Shown in pieces: positions 50,674-60,985 of a DNA stretch of 64,000 bases. The notes under the pieces were generated by a model. The model ran no database searches and had not been told where the DNA came from. It was given only the letters and a program-made list of their open reading frames with translations. The position numbers and the translations under genes are program-made. Source of the DNA: Eubacterium sp. CAG:180. GTDB lineage: Bacteria > Bacteroidota > Bacteroidia > Bacteroidales > Muribaculaceae. Position 1 is the stretch's first letter; every line of letters starts with the position of its first letter. The DNA lies in NCBI GenBank assembly GCA_963590405.1, contig CAVAPE010000001.1:18399-82398 (forward strand), written 5' to 3'.

Positions 50674-53583
50674 TTACAACCGCTGGAGGAACTCCACGAG
50701 GTTGACGTCGCGGCTGAGGTCCATCTTCTTGCGCAAGCGGTAGCGCGCCATCTCCACGCTGCGGTACGACATGTTGAGCAACGGCGCTATCTCCTTCGAA
50801 CTCAGACCCATCTTCAGGTATGCGCAAAGCCGCTGGTCGTTGACGTTGAGTTGCGGGAAGTGCTCGGTGAGCCGCTTGAGGTAGTTCTCGTAGACCACAT
50901 CAAAATTCTGCGCAAACTTGTGCCAGTCGTCATCGTGCGAGATGTTCTCCTTGATGAGTTTCTGAATCTTAGCCAACTGCTTGTCGGCGTTCTGCGAAAT
51001 TGTCTCGTCGCTCTCCTGCAACTTGCTGATTTGGTTGGAGATGTCGATGAGTATCTCGTTTTTACGCATCACGTTCATCGTGGCGTTCGACAGTTCCTGC
51101 GACTTGTGGCGCACGTCGTGCTCCAACTGAGTGCTCTTCAGTCGTGAAATCTCGTTTTCGCGGCGCAACGACTCCTCTTCAGCCTTGCGCTTGTATTCGA
51201 GCATCTCTTTCTCCTTGCGCTTGGCAACGAGGATGGCAGTTTTGCGCGCCTTCTTTTTGACATAGCCATAGAGGAAATATGCGCCCGCCACAATTAGAAT
51301 CATGTAGAGCGCAATGGCCCACGTGCTGCGGTACCACGGCGGAGCGACGGTAAATTTAAAGGAGTATTCCGAACTGCTATCGTCGTAGCGGTTGAACGAG
51401 CGGATGTGGAGGGTGTACGTTCCCTCGTGCAACTGCGTGTATTCCTTGGAGTTGGCGGCAGTGTAGGCGCTCCATTTGGAGTCGTAGTTTTCAAGATAGT
51501 AACTGTAGAGCACTGCGCCGTCCTCTCGGAACTCAGGGCAGATGAACTCGAAACGCAGCGAGTTGAGGCTGTATGGGATTTCGAGTACATTGTTGTGGAG
51601 CGCGCCGCCAGCGGTGTAGATGAGCGAGTCGGGGTTGGTGGCGTAGATGTTGCTCACAAAGAGTTTGCTCTTCCAGTCCACGCGGTGCTCGCGGTCCACG
51701 TCGATGGCATAGAAGCCGTCCTCGTTGGTCACGATGAGTTTGCGTGGAGAGATGAAGTTGAAATGCTCGAAGCCCACTATTAGTTTGTCGAGCAGTGGTT
51801 TATAGGTTATCGAGTCGATGCTGTAAGTGCCTGTGGCGTTGTAGAACGCCGCACAGATGTATTTTCCCGACACTCCCCACACGTCGTTGGCAGGCGACTG
51901 GTAGAGGCGCACCGAGGTGTGCAGACCGAAGATGCTGTTGAACTTGTCGTCAGGCACCATACGGTCGGTGTGGCTGTTGTAGCGGTAAAATCCTCCTTCG
52001 GTCGAGAATGCCAGTTCGTCGTTGATTTTATAGAGCGTGTTGTTGCGGTCGGTGGGGAAGCCCTTGGTGTGGTTGTAGAGGCTCACCTTGTCAAACTTTG
52101 TGAGCGTTTTGTTGAGATGCAACTTGTAGATACCTTTCATCCAGTGGCTTATCCAAATATTGCCAAACTCGTCCTCAATGATGTGTCCGCCAGCCTCGTT
52201 GTAGCCAGCCACGCGGTTGCTCATCACCCAGCGGTTGCCCTGACGGCGCAGGAGGAAGAAACTTTCGTAGGTCGATGCCAGCGCGAAGCCCGGATGCTTG
52301 CGCAGCGGCACTACAGCCCATGTGCCCGGCACGCCCTCAATCTGTACAGGCTTGCCGCCTTCGAGTTGGTAGAGACCGAGGTCGCAACTCACGAGTACGT
52401 CGTTGGCGATGGTGTCGATGCTCCACACTTGGCTCTTCAGCAGCGACACGGGGCGTACTGGTTCGGCGGCTGCCGAGAGGGGATAGCCTGTGGCGTAAAG
52501 TCCTTGGTTGGTGCCCATTAGCAGGGTGTTGCCGAGAAGTAGCGAGGCATAGCCAGCACCGTAGATGTTCGACGAGCCGAACACCGACGACACGGGCGAG
52601 TTGTAGAGCACATAGTCGATGCCGTTGTCAAGCCCCAGCCAGATGTTATCCATGCGGTCGAAGTCGATGCTCAACACCGTGTTGTTCTGCAACCCCGTCG
52701 ACATATTGACGAAGGTGTTGCTGCCGTTTGTTATGTCCTTGATTATTATGCCGTTGTTCACTGTGCCAAACACCAATTCGCGCTCGTTGGTGGCAGCGCA
52801 AAACACTTGGTTGGCTTTCAGGAACGGGTCGATGTCCATTGCGAAAGGCTTGATTGATGCACCATCGTAAATAAATACGCCGTTGAACTCCGTGACAATC
52901 AGCACGTTACCCTTTTGATAAGGCAAAAGGGCGCAGATGCGCATGCCTTTAATCATCTCGTTGCCAACCACATAGTTGAAGTTTCTGCCGTTGAGCAGAC
53001 AGATGCCGCCCTCCTTCGATGCAATATAGAGGCGGCCGCGGATAAGCGCCGAAGTGGTGATTTTATATTTATAAGGTATAGTTTCTGATTTTCTGCCGTC
53101 GAAACGCAGCAACTTGAAGTCGCTCTGAAACCAGATGTACTTGCCCGATTTGTGGATGTTCCACACCTCCGTGAAATGGCGGTCGGCTGCTGGGAGCGTA
53201 GGCATCAGGCTCTTGTAGACGAAACTGCCGCGGTTGGGGTCGTTGTAGTAGTAGCCGAACTCCTCCGAGCCGCCGGCGTAGATGCGCGAAGTGGTCTCGT
53301 CGTAGAGTAGCGAGCGCACCGACGTGTAGTTGCCGTTGGGGCAGAGTGTCCAGTTTTTGCTGTCGTAGATGAGCAAGCCCGAGTTGTTGGCAAAGAGCAT
53401 ACGCCCGTAGTTGTCCTGACGGATGTCCCAGTTTTGGGTGCCACCTTTATATACGGAACGGGTGTAGTTTCTCACCAGCGGATAACTCGCCACGGCGGTT
53501 GCCGGCAAAACCATTGCCGCCACCACGAGTGCGAGCACAGCCATCAGACTGCTCAATTTGATGTTTTCAACACTAATTTTCAT
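50674..53583 (-). CDS. one-component PUL regulator: periplasmic two-component-regulator-propeller + Y_Y_Y domains, one TM, cytoplasmic coiled coil and a LuxR-type HTH (no kinase or receiver)
   Basis: 969 aa with a signal/TM at the N-terminus and about 700 aa of beta-propeller-like repeats. The YYY-like segment is YSYYLENYDSKWSAY...YTLHIRS and the TM is WAIALYMILIVAGAYFLY. The C-terminal LCAYLKMGLSSKEIAPLLNMSYRSVEMARYRLRKKM is the LuxR HTH. Confidence 0.75.
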   Translation of the reverse strand: MKISVENIKLSSLMAVLALVVAAMVLPATAVASYPLVRNYTRSVYKGGTQNWDIRQDNYGRMLFANNSGLLIYDSKNWTLCPNGNYTSVRSLLYDETTSRIYAGGSEEFGYYYNDPNRGSFVYKSLMPTLPAADRHFTEVWNIHKSGKYIWFQSDFKLLRFDGRKSETIPYKYKITTSALIRGRLYIASKEGGICLLNGRNFNYVVGNEMIKGMRICALLPYQKGNVLIVTEFNGVFIYDGASIKPFAMDIDPFLKANQVFCAATNERELVFGTVNNGIIIKDITNGSNTFVNMSTGLQNNTVLSIDFDRMDNIWLGLDNGIDYVLYNSPVSSVFGSSNIYGAGYASLLLGNTLLMGTNQGLYATGYPLSAAAEPVRPVSLLKSQVWSIDTIANDVLVSCDLGLYQLEGGKPVQIEGVPGTWAVVPLRKHPGFALASTYESFFLLRRQGNRWVMSNRVAGYNEAGGHIIEDEFGNIWISHWMKGIYKLHLNKTLTKFDKVSLYNHTKGFPTDRNNTLYKINDELAFSTEGGFYRYNSHTDRMVPDDKFNSIFGLHTSVRLYQSPANDVWGVSGKYICAAFYNATGTYSIDSITYKPLLDKLIVGFEHFNFISPRKLIVTNEDGFYAIDVDREHRVDWKSKLFVSNIYATNPDSLIYTAGGALHNNVLEIPYSLNSLRFEFICPEFREDGAVLYSYYLENYDSKWSAYTAANSKEYTQLHEGTYTLHIRSFNRYDDSSSEYSFKFTVAPPWYRSTWAIALYMILIVAGAYFLYGYVKKKARKTAILVAKRKEKEMLEYKRKAEEESLRRENEISRLKSTQLEHDVRHKSQELSNATMNVMRKNEILIDISNQISKLQESDETISQNADKQLAKIQKLIKENISHDDDWHKFAQNFDVVYENYLKRLTEHFPQLNVNDQRLCAYLKMGLSSKEIAPLLNMSYRSVEMARYRLRKKMDLSRDVNLVEFLQRL

Positions 53584-53707
53584 AATCGGCTAAAAACTTA
53601 CTTTGTATGTGCAAAAATGTGAAAATTTTCATTGTTGAGTATAGTCCGAAAATATGTTATACAACATGTTTTTTACAACGCATTGATAATCAATACCTAA
53701 AAATTTG

Positions 53708-53715
53708 CAAATATA
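53708..53715 (-). promoter_or_regulatory. candidate -7 box (TATATTTG on the minus strand) for the PUL regulator gene
   Basis: The + strand reads caaatata, 125 nt upstream of the ATG at 53583. Confidence 0.35.
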
Positions 53716-53716
53716 C

Positions 53717-53738
53717 GCTTGTAGGGGTGCTTGTAGGG
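53717..53738. promoter_or_regulatory. tandem direct repeat GCTTGTAGGG (12-bp period), a candidate regulator binding site in the divergent regulator/susC intergenic region
   Basis: gcttgtaggg occurs at 53717-53726 and again at 53729-53738. The pair lies about 55-75 nt upstream of the susC -7 box and overlaps the upstream region of the regulator's own putative promoter. Confidence 0.35.
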
Positions 53739-53791
53739 TAATGTTGAGTTTTTTGTGAGTGTTTTTTTGCAATTATTCCATCAATAGCCAA

Positions 53792-53799
53792 TAAATTTG
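53792..53799 (+). promoter_or_regulatory. candidate -7 box (TAAATTTG) with an upstream TTTG (53766-53769) for the susC-like operon
   Basis: A TAnnTTTG match 72 nt upstream of the susC ATG, with a TTTG 22 nt upstream of the box as a -33-like element. Confidence 0.55.
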
Positions 53800-53870
53800 C
53801 AATGTCAAACCTGACAAAAACAAATTTTTTTAACTGACTGGATTATTCATTAAAATTTTATACCAATCTT

Positions 53871-56800
53871 ATGAAGAAACAAATTCTACTCTTTTGTTTT
53901 TTATTCTTTGCAGCGATAGGCTTTGCAGAGAATGTAAACATTACGGGAGTCGTTACTTCGAGCGAGGACGGCGAGCCGCTTATCGGCGCATCGGTCCAAG
54001 TGAAGGGTAACGCCACGCTCGGCGTAGCAACCGACTTCGATGGTCGCTATACCATTTCGGTTCCAGCCGGCTCAACTCTCCAGTATTCATTTGTAGGTTG
54101 CACGACTCAGGAAAGAAAAGTTTCGCAGTCGGGCAACGTCAACATTGTCCTTGCGAGCGACTCACACATGCTCAACGAGGTTGTTGCCATCGGTTACGGT
54201 GTAATGAAGAAAAGCGACCTTACTGGTTCGGTAACAACAGTGTCGTCCGACAAGTTGACAAAAACACCGGCATCAAACCTTGCCAACGCCCTCCAGGGTC
54301 AGGCAGCCGGCGTGACAATCAACAATAATAGCGGTCAGCCTGGTGCTGCACCTGAGGTACGCATCCGCGGTGTCGGCACCGTCAATGGCGCGTCACCTAT
54401 ATATGTAGTCGACGGCATCATCGTTGACGACATCTCGTTCCTCAGTCCTAACGACATCGAGTCGACCGAAATCCTCAAGGATGCATCAGCAACAGCCATC
54501 TACGGTTCGCGTGGTGCCAACGGTGTCATCATCGTAACCACAAGAAGTGGCGCAAAGGACGAGAAGACCCGCGTAACCCTCGACGCATACGTGGGTGTAC
54601 AGAAACGCTGGCGCAAACTCGACGTGATGAACGCAAAAGAATTTGCCGACACACGTATCGCCATCAATGGTACAGGTTCTGAGAAGAAATACTATGCAAC
54701 CAACGGCTTCAACAAATGGCTGTCGGCATTCTGCCTCGGTACATCTAAATACTATCCAACAGTCTACGATGCAGAGAAAAACCCAACTGGTTTCGACTAC
54801 TCTGCAGTTGATACTGACTGGCAGGACGAAGTGTTCCAGAACGCATTGATCCAAAACTACCACCTCGCCATCGACGGCGGTAGCAAGAAGACCACCTACT
54901 CGCTCAGCGGTAGTTGGTACTCACAAGAAGGTACAATCATCGGTTCAAAATATCAGCGTTTCACCGTTCGCCTCAACACATCGCACGAGGTGAAGAAATG
55001 GTTGAAAGTGGGCGAGAACGTATCGTTCATGGCTTCAACAGCGCGCAACGCGATGAACAACTCCGAGAGCGCTGGCGCATCAGTGCTTTCAGCAGCCCTC
55101 GCAATGGCACCTTGGGACCCTGTTCGCTACCCGGCTGGCTCGGTTAACCGTCAGGGCACCGACATCAGCGGCAACATCGCTGCAGGTTCTAACTTCAAGA
55201 ACGTGACCAACCCTATCTCAATGGTAGAGATGAGCCACCCGAAGGATCGCTACGAGCGCTTCGTAGGTAATGTGTTTGCAGAAATCAACCCAATCGAGGG
55301 TCTTACTTTCCGCTCAACCTACAGTTTCGACTACAACATTGCAACAAGCAAACTGTTCAAGGAAAAATACGAATGGTCATCTTATGATAAGTCTGACAAG
55401 AACTTCCTCAGTTCAAGCATCGGTCGCTACTACAACTGGACAGTCGACAACATCCTCACCTACGCCCGCACAATCGGCAAGCACGATTTCTCGGCAATGG
55501 TAGGTCAGACTGTTGAGGAATACAACTACTACAGCATCGGCAGTTCAGGTGCCTCTATCCTCAACCCAGTTGAGAAGAACTGGTATCTGTCGCAGGTAAC
55601 CGACGACTTCGGTCGTCCATCTGACTCGATTTCGCGTAACCGTCGCGTGTCGATGCTCGGACGTCTGCACTACAGTTACGACAACCGCTACCTCATCACC
55701 TTCAACTTCCGCGCCGACGGTTCAAGCAAGTTCCCTGACAAGCCTTGGGGCTACTTCCCATCAACTGCATTGGCATGGAAACTCAGCGAGGAAAGTTTCA
55801 TGAAGGACTTCCACAACCTCGACCTCTTGAAAATCCGTGCAGGATGGGGACGCGTGGGTAACGACAACATCAGCAACGATGCGTTCACCCTTACAATGTT
55901 CAACCAGGGTCCTACATTCGTAGACTACGTATTGGGTAAAGACCAGCAACTCGCCAACGGCGCAACAGTGCTTACTTGGGTCAACAACGGCGGTCACTGG
56001 GAAAATACAGAGCAATGGAGTGCAGGTGTTGACTTCGGCTTGTGGAGAAACAAACTCACTGGTTCTGTCGACTTCTTCCTCCGCAACACCAAGGATATGC
56101 TTATGGACGTAACCGCTCCTGCACATGTGGGTAACCGCTACGCAGCAAAGAGCAACGTGGGCACCGTCCGCAACCGCGGTATTGAAATCACCCTTGAGCA
56201 CCGCAACCAGATTGGCGACTTCGGTTACTCTATCGGCGGTAACGTTTCGTTTATCGACAACGAACTCACGGGTCTTAACGGCGGTTCTACAATCTATAGC
56301 GGCTACAGCAACGTAATGGTTGTTGACCAGGGCTATCCATTGTACTACTTCTGGGGCTACCAGTATGAAGGCATCTACAAGACCGACGAGGAAGTGCTCA
56401 GTTACCTCACTGGCTACGACAAACTCACCACTCCGTTCCACGCTGGCGATGCAAAATACAAAGACGTGAACGGCGACGGCAAGATTGACGACAACGACCG
56501 TACGAAACTCGGTTCTTCAATTCCTTGGCTCAACTATGGTTTGAACATCGGTGCAAACTGGAAGAACTTCGACTTGCAACTCTTCTTCCAAGGCGTTGCA
56601 GGCAACAAGATCTACAACCAACTCCGTCACCGTCTCGAAGGCACAGGTACTAACTCAGTGCTCAGCCCAGTCATGGTTAACGCATGGATGCAGCACACCG
56701 ACGAGGCTACTGGCGACAAATACTACGACGGAACAATTCCTAACCCAAAGAACTCGGTCAACTACTACGTGTCTGACCGCTTCCTTGAGAACGGTTCTTA

Positions 56801-57014
56801 CTTCCGCTTGAAGAATATGCAGATCGGCTACACCATCCCGACCAACGCAATCCGCAAAATCGGTCTTGAAAGTTGCCGCGTATATCTCCAGGGCAGCAAC
56901 CTGTTTACCGCAACCAAATACACCGGCTACGACCCAGAAGTGGGTGGCGGCATCGACTACGGTAACTATCCGCAAGCCCGTTCGTTTATCTTCGGTGCAA
57001 GCATTTCTTTCTAA
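53871..57014 (+). CDS. SusC/RagA-family TonB-dependent receptor
   Basis: 1047 aa. The N-terminal carboxypeptidase-regulatory-like NITGVVTSSEDGEPLIGASVQVKG is followed by a plug (DIESTEILKDASATAIYGSRGANGVIIVTT), a large barrel and a C-terminal ...FGASISF. No STN/anti-sigma domain is present. Confidence 0.9.
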   Translation: MKKQILLFCFLFFAAIGFAENVNITGVVTSSEDGEPLIGASVQVKGNATLGVATDFDGRYTISVPAGSTLQYSFVGCTTQERKVSQSGNVNIVLASDSHMLNEVVAIGYGVMKKSDLTGSVTTVSSDKLTKTPASNLANALQGQAAGVTINNNSGQPGAAPEVRIRGVGTVNGASPIYVVDGIIVDDISFLSPNDIESTEILKDASATAIYGSRGANGVIIVTTRSGAKDEKTRVTLDAYVGVQKRWRKLDVMNAKEFADTRIAINGTGSEKKYYATNGFNKWLSAFCLGTSKYYPTVYDAEKNPTGFDYSAVDTDWQDEVFQNALIQNYHLAIDGGSKKTTYSLSGSWYSQEGTIIGSKYQRFTVRLNTSHEVKKWLKVGENVSFMASTARNAMNNSESAGASVLSAALAMAPWDPVRYPAGSVNRQGTDISGNIAAGSNFKNVTNPISMVEMSHPKDRYERFVGNVFAEINPIEGLTFRSTYSFDYNIATSKLFKEKYEWSSYDKSDKNFLSSSIGRYYNWTVDNILTYARTIGKHDFSAMVGQTVEEYNYYSIGSSGASILNPVEKNWYLSQVTDDFGRPSDSISRNRRVSMLGRLHYSYDNRYLITFNFRADGSSKFPDKPWGYFPSTALAWKLSEESFMKDFHNLDLLKIRAGWGRVGNDNISNDAFTLTMFNQGPTFVDYVLGKDQQLANGATVLTWVNNGGHWENTEQWSAGVDFGLWRNKLTGSVDFFLRNTKDMLMDVTAPAHVGNRYAAKSNVGTVRNRGIEITLEHRNQIGDFGYSIGGNVSFIDNELTGLNGGSTIYSGYSNVMVVDQGYPLYYFWGYQYEGIYKTDEEVLSYLTGYDKLTTPFHAGDAKYKDVNGDGKIDDNDRTKLGSSIPWLNYGLNIGANWKNFDLQLFFQGVAGNKIYNQLRHRLEGTGTNSVLSPVMVNAWMQHTDEATGDKYYDGTIPNPKNSVNYYVSDRFLENGSYFRLKNMQIGYTIPTNAIRKIGLESCRVYLQGSNLFTATKYTGYDPEVGGGIDYGNYPQARSFIFGASISF

Positions 57015-57025
57015 CTTAAAGTCAA

Positions 57026-58615
57026 ATGAAAACTACAATGAAAGCAAACAACATATTGAAAGTAGTCGGTTGCGCAACGCTTCTGCTCTCTGCCACTTCG
57101 TGCAACGATTGGCTTAAAGAGGAAACGCCTGGCAAGACAACCTTCGACGACTTCTTCATCTCTGGCGAAACTGCCATCCAGTCGGTCAATGCAGCCTACA
57201 CGCCATTGGCTTGGGAATACAACTCTACCTACTTCTCAGAATGGTTTATCGGCGACATCGCTTCCGACGACGCTCTGAAAGGTGGTCAGAACACAACCGA
57301 TATGGCTGACGCCTACGATATTGAGAACTTCAAGACCAACGCCAACAACACCCTGCTCCGCGACTTCTACCGCGCGCAGTACCAAGGCATCCAGCGTTGC
57401 AACCTTGCCCTTCAGGAGGTTGCCAAGGTCGACCCAGACGAAACAATGACGGAATCGCGCAAGAACTGCCTTCTCGGCGAGGCTTACTACATGCGTGCCT
57501 ACTACTATTTCCGCCTTGTGCGCATCTACGGCGGTGTGCCTTACGTTGATAAGGTGATTGAAAACAGCGACAACTGGAAACAGCCACGCGCTACTGCAGA
57601 AGAGATCTACAACCACATCATTGACGACCTCAAGTTGGCTGAAGGCTTGCTCTGGAACAAGAGCCAGTATGCCGATGCCGACCTCGGCCGTGCTACCAAG
57701 GGCGCCGCTCAGGCAATGCTCTTGAAGACTTACCTCTACATGCACGACTACGAAAACGCATACACTTGGGGTAAGAAATTCTTCGAGGACCAGAAGAGCG
57801 AATACAGCCTCTGCCCGAACTATTCCGACAACTTCACCCTCGCTGGCGAAAACGGTCCGGAATCAGTGTTTGAAATCCAGTATATGGCAGACCCAACTTC
57901 CGACTACGGCGAAGGCTTCGGCTTCACCCGCGGTACATTCACCACAATCCTTACCCGTAGCCGCGCAAGTTCGCTCGGCAGCAACGCAGGTTGGGGCTTC
58001 AACCACCCTACAAAGGACCTTTACAACGAGTTTGAGGAAGGCGACCTCCGCCGCGAGGCTACCATCAGCCAGCCAGCCGACGACGAGATTGCGGCCAACA
58101 CCGACTTGACCTACCTCGGAAGTTACTATAACAACAACAAGACTTCGTTCTACGAAAACGGCGTCTATGTGGCACTCGACCACGCTACTCGCGGACCGCT
58201 CAACTACCGCCTCATCCGTCTCTCCGATGTGATGTTGATGTATGCTGAGGCAGCCCTCGAGAGCGGCAAGGACCTCAACGTGGCAAAGCAGATGCTCAAC
58301 ACTGTCCGCGCTCGCGTCAACATGCCGGCATTCCCTGGCTACCTTGGCTACAGCGACAACACTGACGACCTCCGCAAGGCCATCCGCCACGAGCGTCGCG
58401 TAGAGTTGGCTATGGAAGGTCACCGCTGGTTCGACCTCTGCCGTTGGGGCATCGCCTACGAGGTGATGGACAAGGACAACGGTTCCTATGGCAAGAACGA
58501 GTGTGAAGAGGCTCGCAACGAGATGGCTTCGTTCGTCAAGGGCAAGCACGAACTCTTCCCAATTCCTGCTGAGGAAATCAACCTCAACCCGATGGACCAG
58601 AACTACGGTTACTAA
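57026..58615 (+). CDS. SusD/RagB-family nutrient-binding outer-membrane lipoprotein
   Basis: Lipobox LLLSATSC, a TPR-like helical body (AYYMRAYYYFRLVRIYGGVPY), a C-terminal HERRVELAMEGHRWFDLCRWG and FPIP. It lies 11 nt after susC. Confidence 0.9.
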   Translation: MKTTMKANNILKVVGCATLLLSATSCNDWLKEETPGKTTFDDFFISGETAIQSVNAAYTPLAWEYNSTYFSEWFIGDIASDDALKGGQNTTDMADAYDIENFKTNANNTLLRDFYRAQYQGIQRCNLALQEVAKVDPDETMTESRKNCLLGEAYYMRAYYYFRLVRIYGGVPYVDKVIENSDNWKQPRATAEEIYNHIIDDLKLAEGLLWNKSQYADADLGRATKGAAQAMLLKTYLYMHDYENAYTWGKKFFEDQKSEYSLCPNYSDNFTLAGENGPESVFEIQYMADPTSDYGEGFGFTRGTFTTILTRSRASSLGSNAGWGFNHPTKDLYNEFEEGDLRREATISQPADDEIAANTDLTYLGSYYNNNKTSFYENGVYVALDHATRGPLNYRLIRLSDVMLMYAEAALESGKDLNVAKQMLNTVRARVNMPAFPGYLGYSDNTDDLRKAIRHERRVELAMEGHRWFDLCRWGIAYEVMDKDNGSYGKNECEEARNEMASFVKGKHELFPIPAEEINLNPMDQNYGY

Positions 58616-58706
58616 CAGAAAACAAAATCAGGAAGGCGGGCGCAACCCGTCCGCCCTCCTAAAATTTATAACAAACTTTTTTTCAATTACTTAAAAATTC
58701 ATTATT

Positions 58707-59633
58707 ATGAAAAATTTGACACTTTTGGCTGCTATGGCAGTTTGTGGCGTTGGCTTGGCTAATGCACAGTATTCAGTTGACCCTACTTTGGTTAAGCAAA
58801 AAGATGCAAAGTACGACGTTGTTCTCCTCGACGAGGCTTCAATCTCTACTCTTAAAGCAGAAGGCGCTACAGTTCAAGACATCCGCGCTGACGACACTAA
58901 TGTATTCCTTTATGTATGGAATGAAACATTTACTGGTGGCGACGGCTCTTACCCAGGCGTTGACGCACAAATGGACGGCTACACTTCATTGACAGTTACA
59001 AGCGTGGGTTGGTCAGGTGCAGGTTTTAACTTGGCTAACAAGGCTGGTGACTTCTCTCACTTCACTGACGAAACTCACTTCCACTTTGCTGTACGCACTG
59101 AGACTTCTTTGAATAGCGCTGCAATCATCGTGTGCGACGTTTTCGATGAGAACAACACAGACAACAAATGGTCTCCTGCAAAGGTTTCTGTAGGTGAGTC
59201 TGCATTTGTCGACAACGGTACTACTTATCCATTGATTGGCGCTCTTGACGCTGAAGGCGACTGGGCTGGTTTCGACATCACATTTGGTCAGATGAAGAAA
59301 TTGTTCCCTTCATTCTCTTACACTCCGCAATCAGTTAAGGGTAACGTGGTTTCATTCCTCGCTGGTGGCACAACTGGTCAGAACATCTGCTTGGACGCAA
59401 TGTACTTCTACACTCCAAGCGACGGCGCAGTTGAAGGTATCACTGCAGACGCTGACATCGTTGTTACCAACAAGACTATCAACGCATCTGGCGCAAACGA
59501 AATCGCTCTCTACAACCTCGCAGGTCAATTGGTTAAGAAGGCTAACTCTTCTGCAATGGGCATCGAGAACGTTGCTAAGGGTGTTTACGTAGTGAAAGCA
59601 GGTAACGCTGTGAAGAAAGTCGTTTTGAAATAA
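58707..59633 (+). CDS. PUL-encoded secreted protein (candidate glycan-binding protein) with a T9SS-type C-terminal sorting domain
   Basis: SPI-type signal (GVGLANA/QY). The C-terminal IALYNLAGQLVKKANSSAMGIENVAKGVYVVKAGNAVKKVVLK resembles the Por-secretion CTD. The body has no motif I recognise. Confidence 0.55.
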   Translation: MKNLTLLAAMAVCGVGLANAQYSVDPTLVKQKDAKYDVVLLDEASISTLKAEGATVQDIRADDTNVFLYVWNETFTGGDGSYPGVDAQMDGYTSLTVTSVGWSGAGFNLANKAGDFSHFTDETHFHFAVRTETSLNSAAIIVCDVFDENNTDNKWSPAKVSVGESAFVDNGTTYPLIGALDAEGDWAGFDITFGQMKKLFPSFSYTPQSVKGNVVSFLAGGTTGQNICLDAMYFYTPSDGAVEGITADADIVVTNKTINASGANEIALYNLAGQLVKKANSSAMGIENVAKGVYVVKAGNAVKKVVLK

Positions 59634-59798
59634 TATTGTTTCAACATCAATCTCTACGATAGCGGACGGACTTTCCTCCGCCCGCTATCTTTCCAAAAGA
59701 CCGGCACCCAGATGCGTGCCGGCAGCCATACAGACCACCGCTTCTGCGACAGCGGCTACCCCAACAAATTGATGTAGAACAATCCTAAAAACATAACG

Positions 59799-60980
59799 AT
59801 GAATATCAGCAGAAATCTACTCTTCATTGCAACTGCAGCCTGCGCTGCGCTCCCTTCGGTTGCCAAGGACCCACAAGTCGGCACTGGCGAAACCAACGGC
59901 TATCACCTTGTTTGGCAGGACCTCTTCGACTCCGACGAACTTCGTCCTGACCGCTGGAACATAGAAGTGAACGGCAGTGGCGGCGGCAACAACGAATTGC
60001 AATACTACACCGACCGCGAGAAAAACGTGCATATAGGCGACGACGGCAACGGCAACAGTTGCCTCGTCATCACCGCCTGCCGCGAAGTCTACAACGGCAA
60101 GCAATTCACCTCTGGACGCATCACCTCAAAAAACAAGGTAGCCTTCAAGCACGGCAAGGTTGAGGCTGCCATCCTCCTCCCGTCAACAGCCAACGGCCTT
60201 TGGCCAGCATTCTGGATGATGGGCAACGACTACGACACCGTGGGCTGGCCTAAGTGCGGCGAAACCGACATCGTGGAGTTCGGCAACGTGACTGGCATCA
60301 ACGCTGGCACCCAGGATCGCTATTTCAATGGCGCATGCCACTGGGGACAGTCGTGGAACAACCACCCGAACTACGCCCGTGCCGTGACCTACAACTACAG
60401 CCTCCAGGACGGACAGTACCACATCTTCACCTGCATCTGGGACGAGAACCGCGTGGCAATGTATGTGGACCTCGACAAATACCCCAACGCATCGCCCTAC
60501 TATGAGATGACAATCCCTACCACTGACAACACCAACGACCCAGGATATTATTTCCACAAGGAGAATTTCATCCTCTTCAACATGGCTGTGGGCGGCAACT
60601 TCCCTTCAATCTTCGACGCTAATGGCATCACGGCTCTCAACGCTGCCAACGGCAACCAAGCCAGCATGTATGTAAACTATGTGAAGGTCTATCAGAAAGG
60701 CAACGGCGCTGACGAGTCGCTCACCACACTCGCCGACGGCGATCCGCAACCAGGCGAGGATGCAGTGGCTGAAATCGCTGCCAGCGACCTCCTCTCGTTT
60801 GACGGCAACACCGTAACTACCGACGCTGAGGCATCAATCGCCCTCTACAACCTTGGCGGCGCACTCGTGCGCACTGCCACTGGCACAACGATGAGCGTAG
60901 CCGACCTCGATGGCGGTGTCTACATCGTTAAGGCATCGGCTGGCAACCGTCAGGCAACGAAGAAAATCGTAATTCGATAA
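59799..60980 (+). CDS. GH16 family endo-beta-glucanase (laminarinase/licheninase-like) with a T9SS-type C-terminal sorting domain
   Basis: WPAFWMMG and GETDIVE (ExDxxE catalytic motif). The C-terminal IALYNLGGALVRTATGTTMSVADLDGGVYIVKASAGNRQATKKIVIR is CTD-like. The signal peptide is SPI-type. Confidence 0.85.
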   Translation: MNISRNLLFIATAACAALPSVAKDPQVGTGETNGYHLVWQDLFDSDELRPDRWNIEVNGSGGGNNELQYYTDREKNVHIGDDGNGNSCLVITACREVYNGKQFTSGRITSKNKVAFKHGKVEAAILLPSTANGLWPAFWMMGNDYDTVGWPKCGETDIVEFGNVTGINAGTQDRYFNGACHWGQSWNNHPNYARAVTYNYSLQDGQYHIFTCIWDENRVAMYVDLDKYPNASPYYEMTIPTTDNTNDPGYYFHKENFILFNMAVGGNFPSIFDANGITALNAANGNQASMYVNYVKVYQKGNGADESLTTLADGDPQPGEDAVAEIAASDLLSFDGNTVTTDAEASIALYNLGGALVRTATGTTMSVADLDGGVYIVKASAGNRQATKKIVIR

Positions 60981-60985
60981 CCGCA

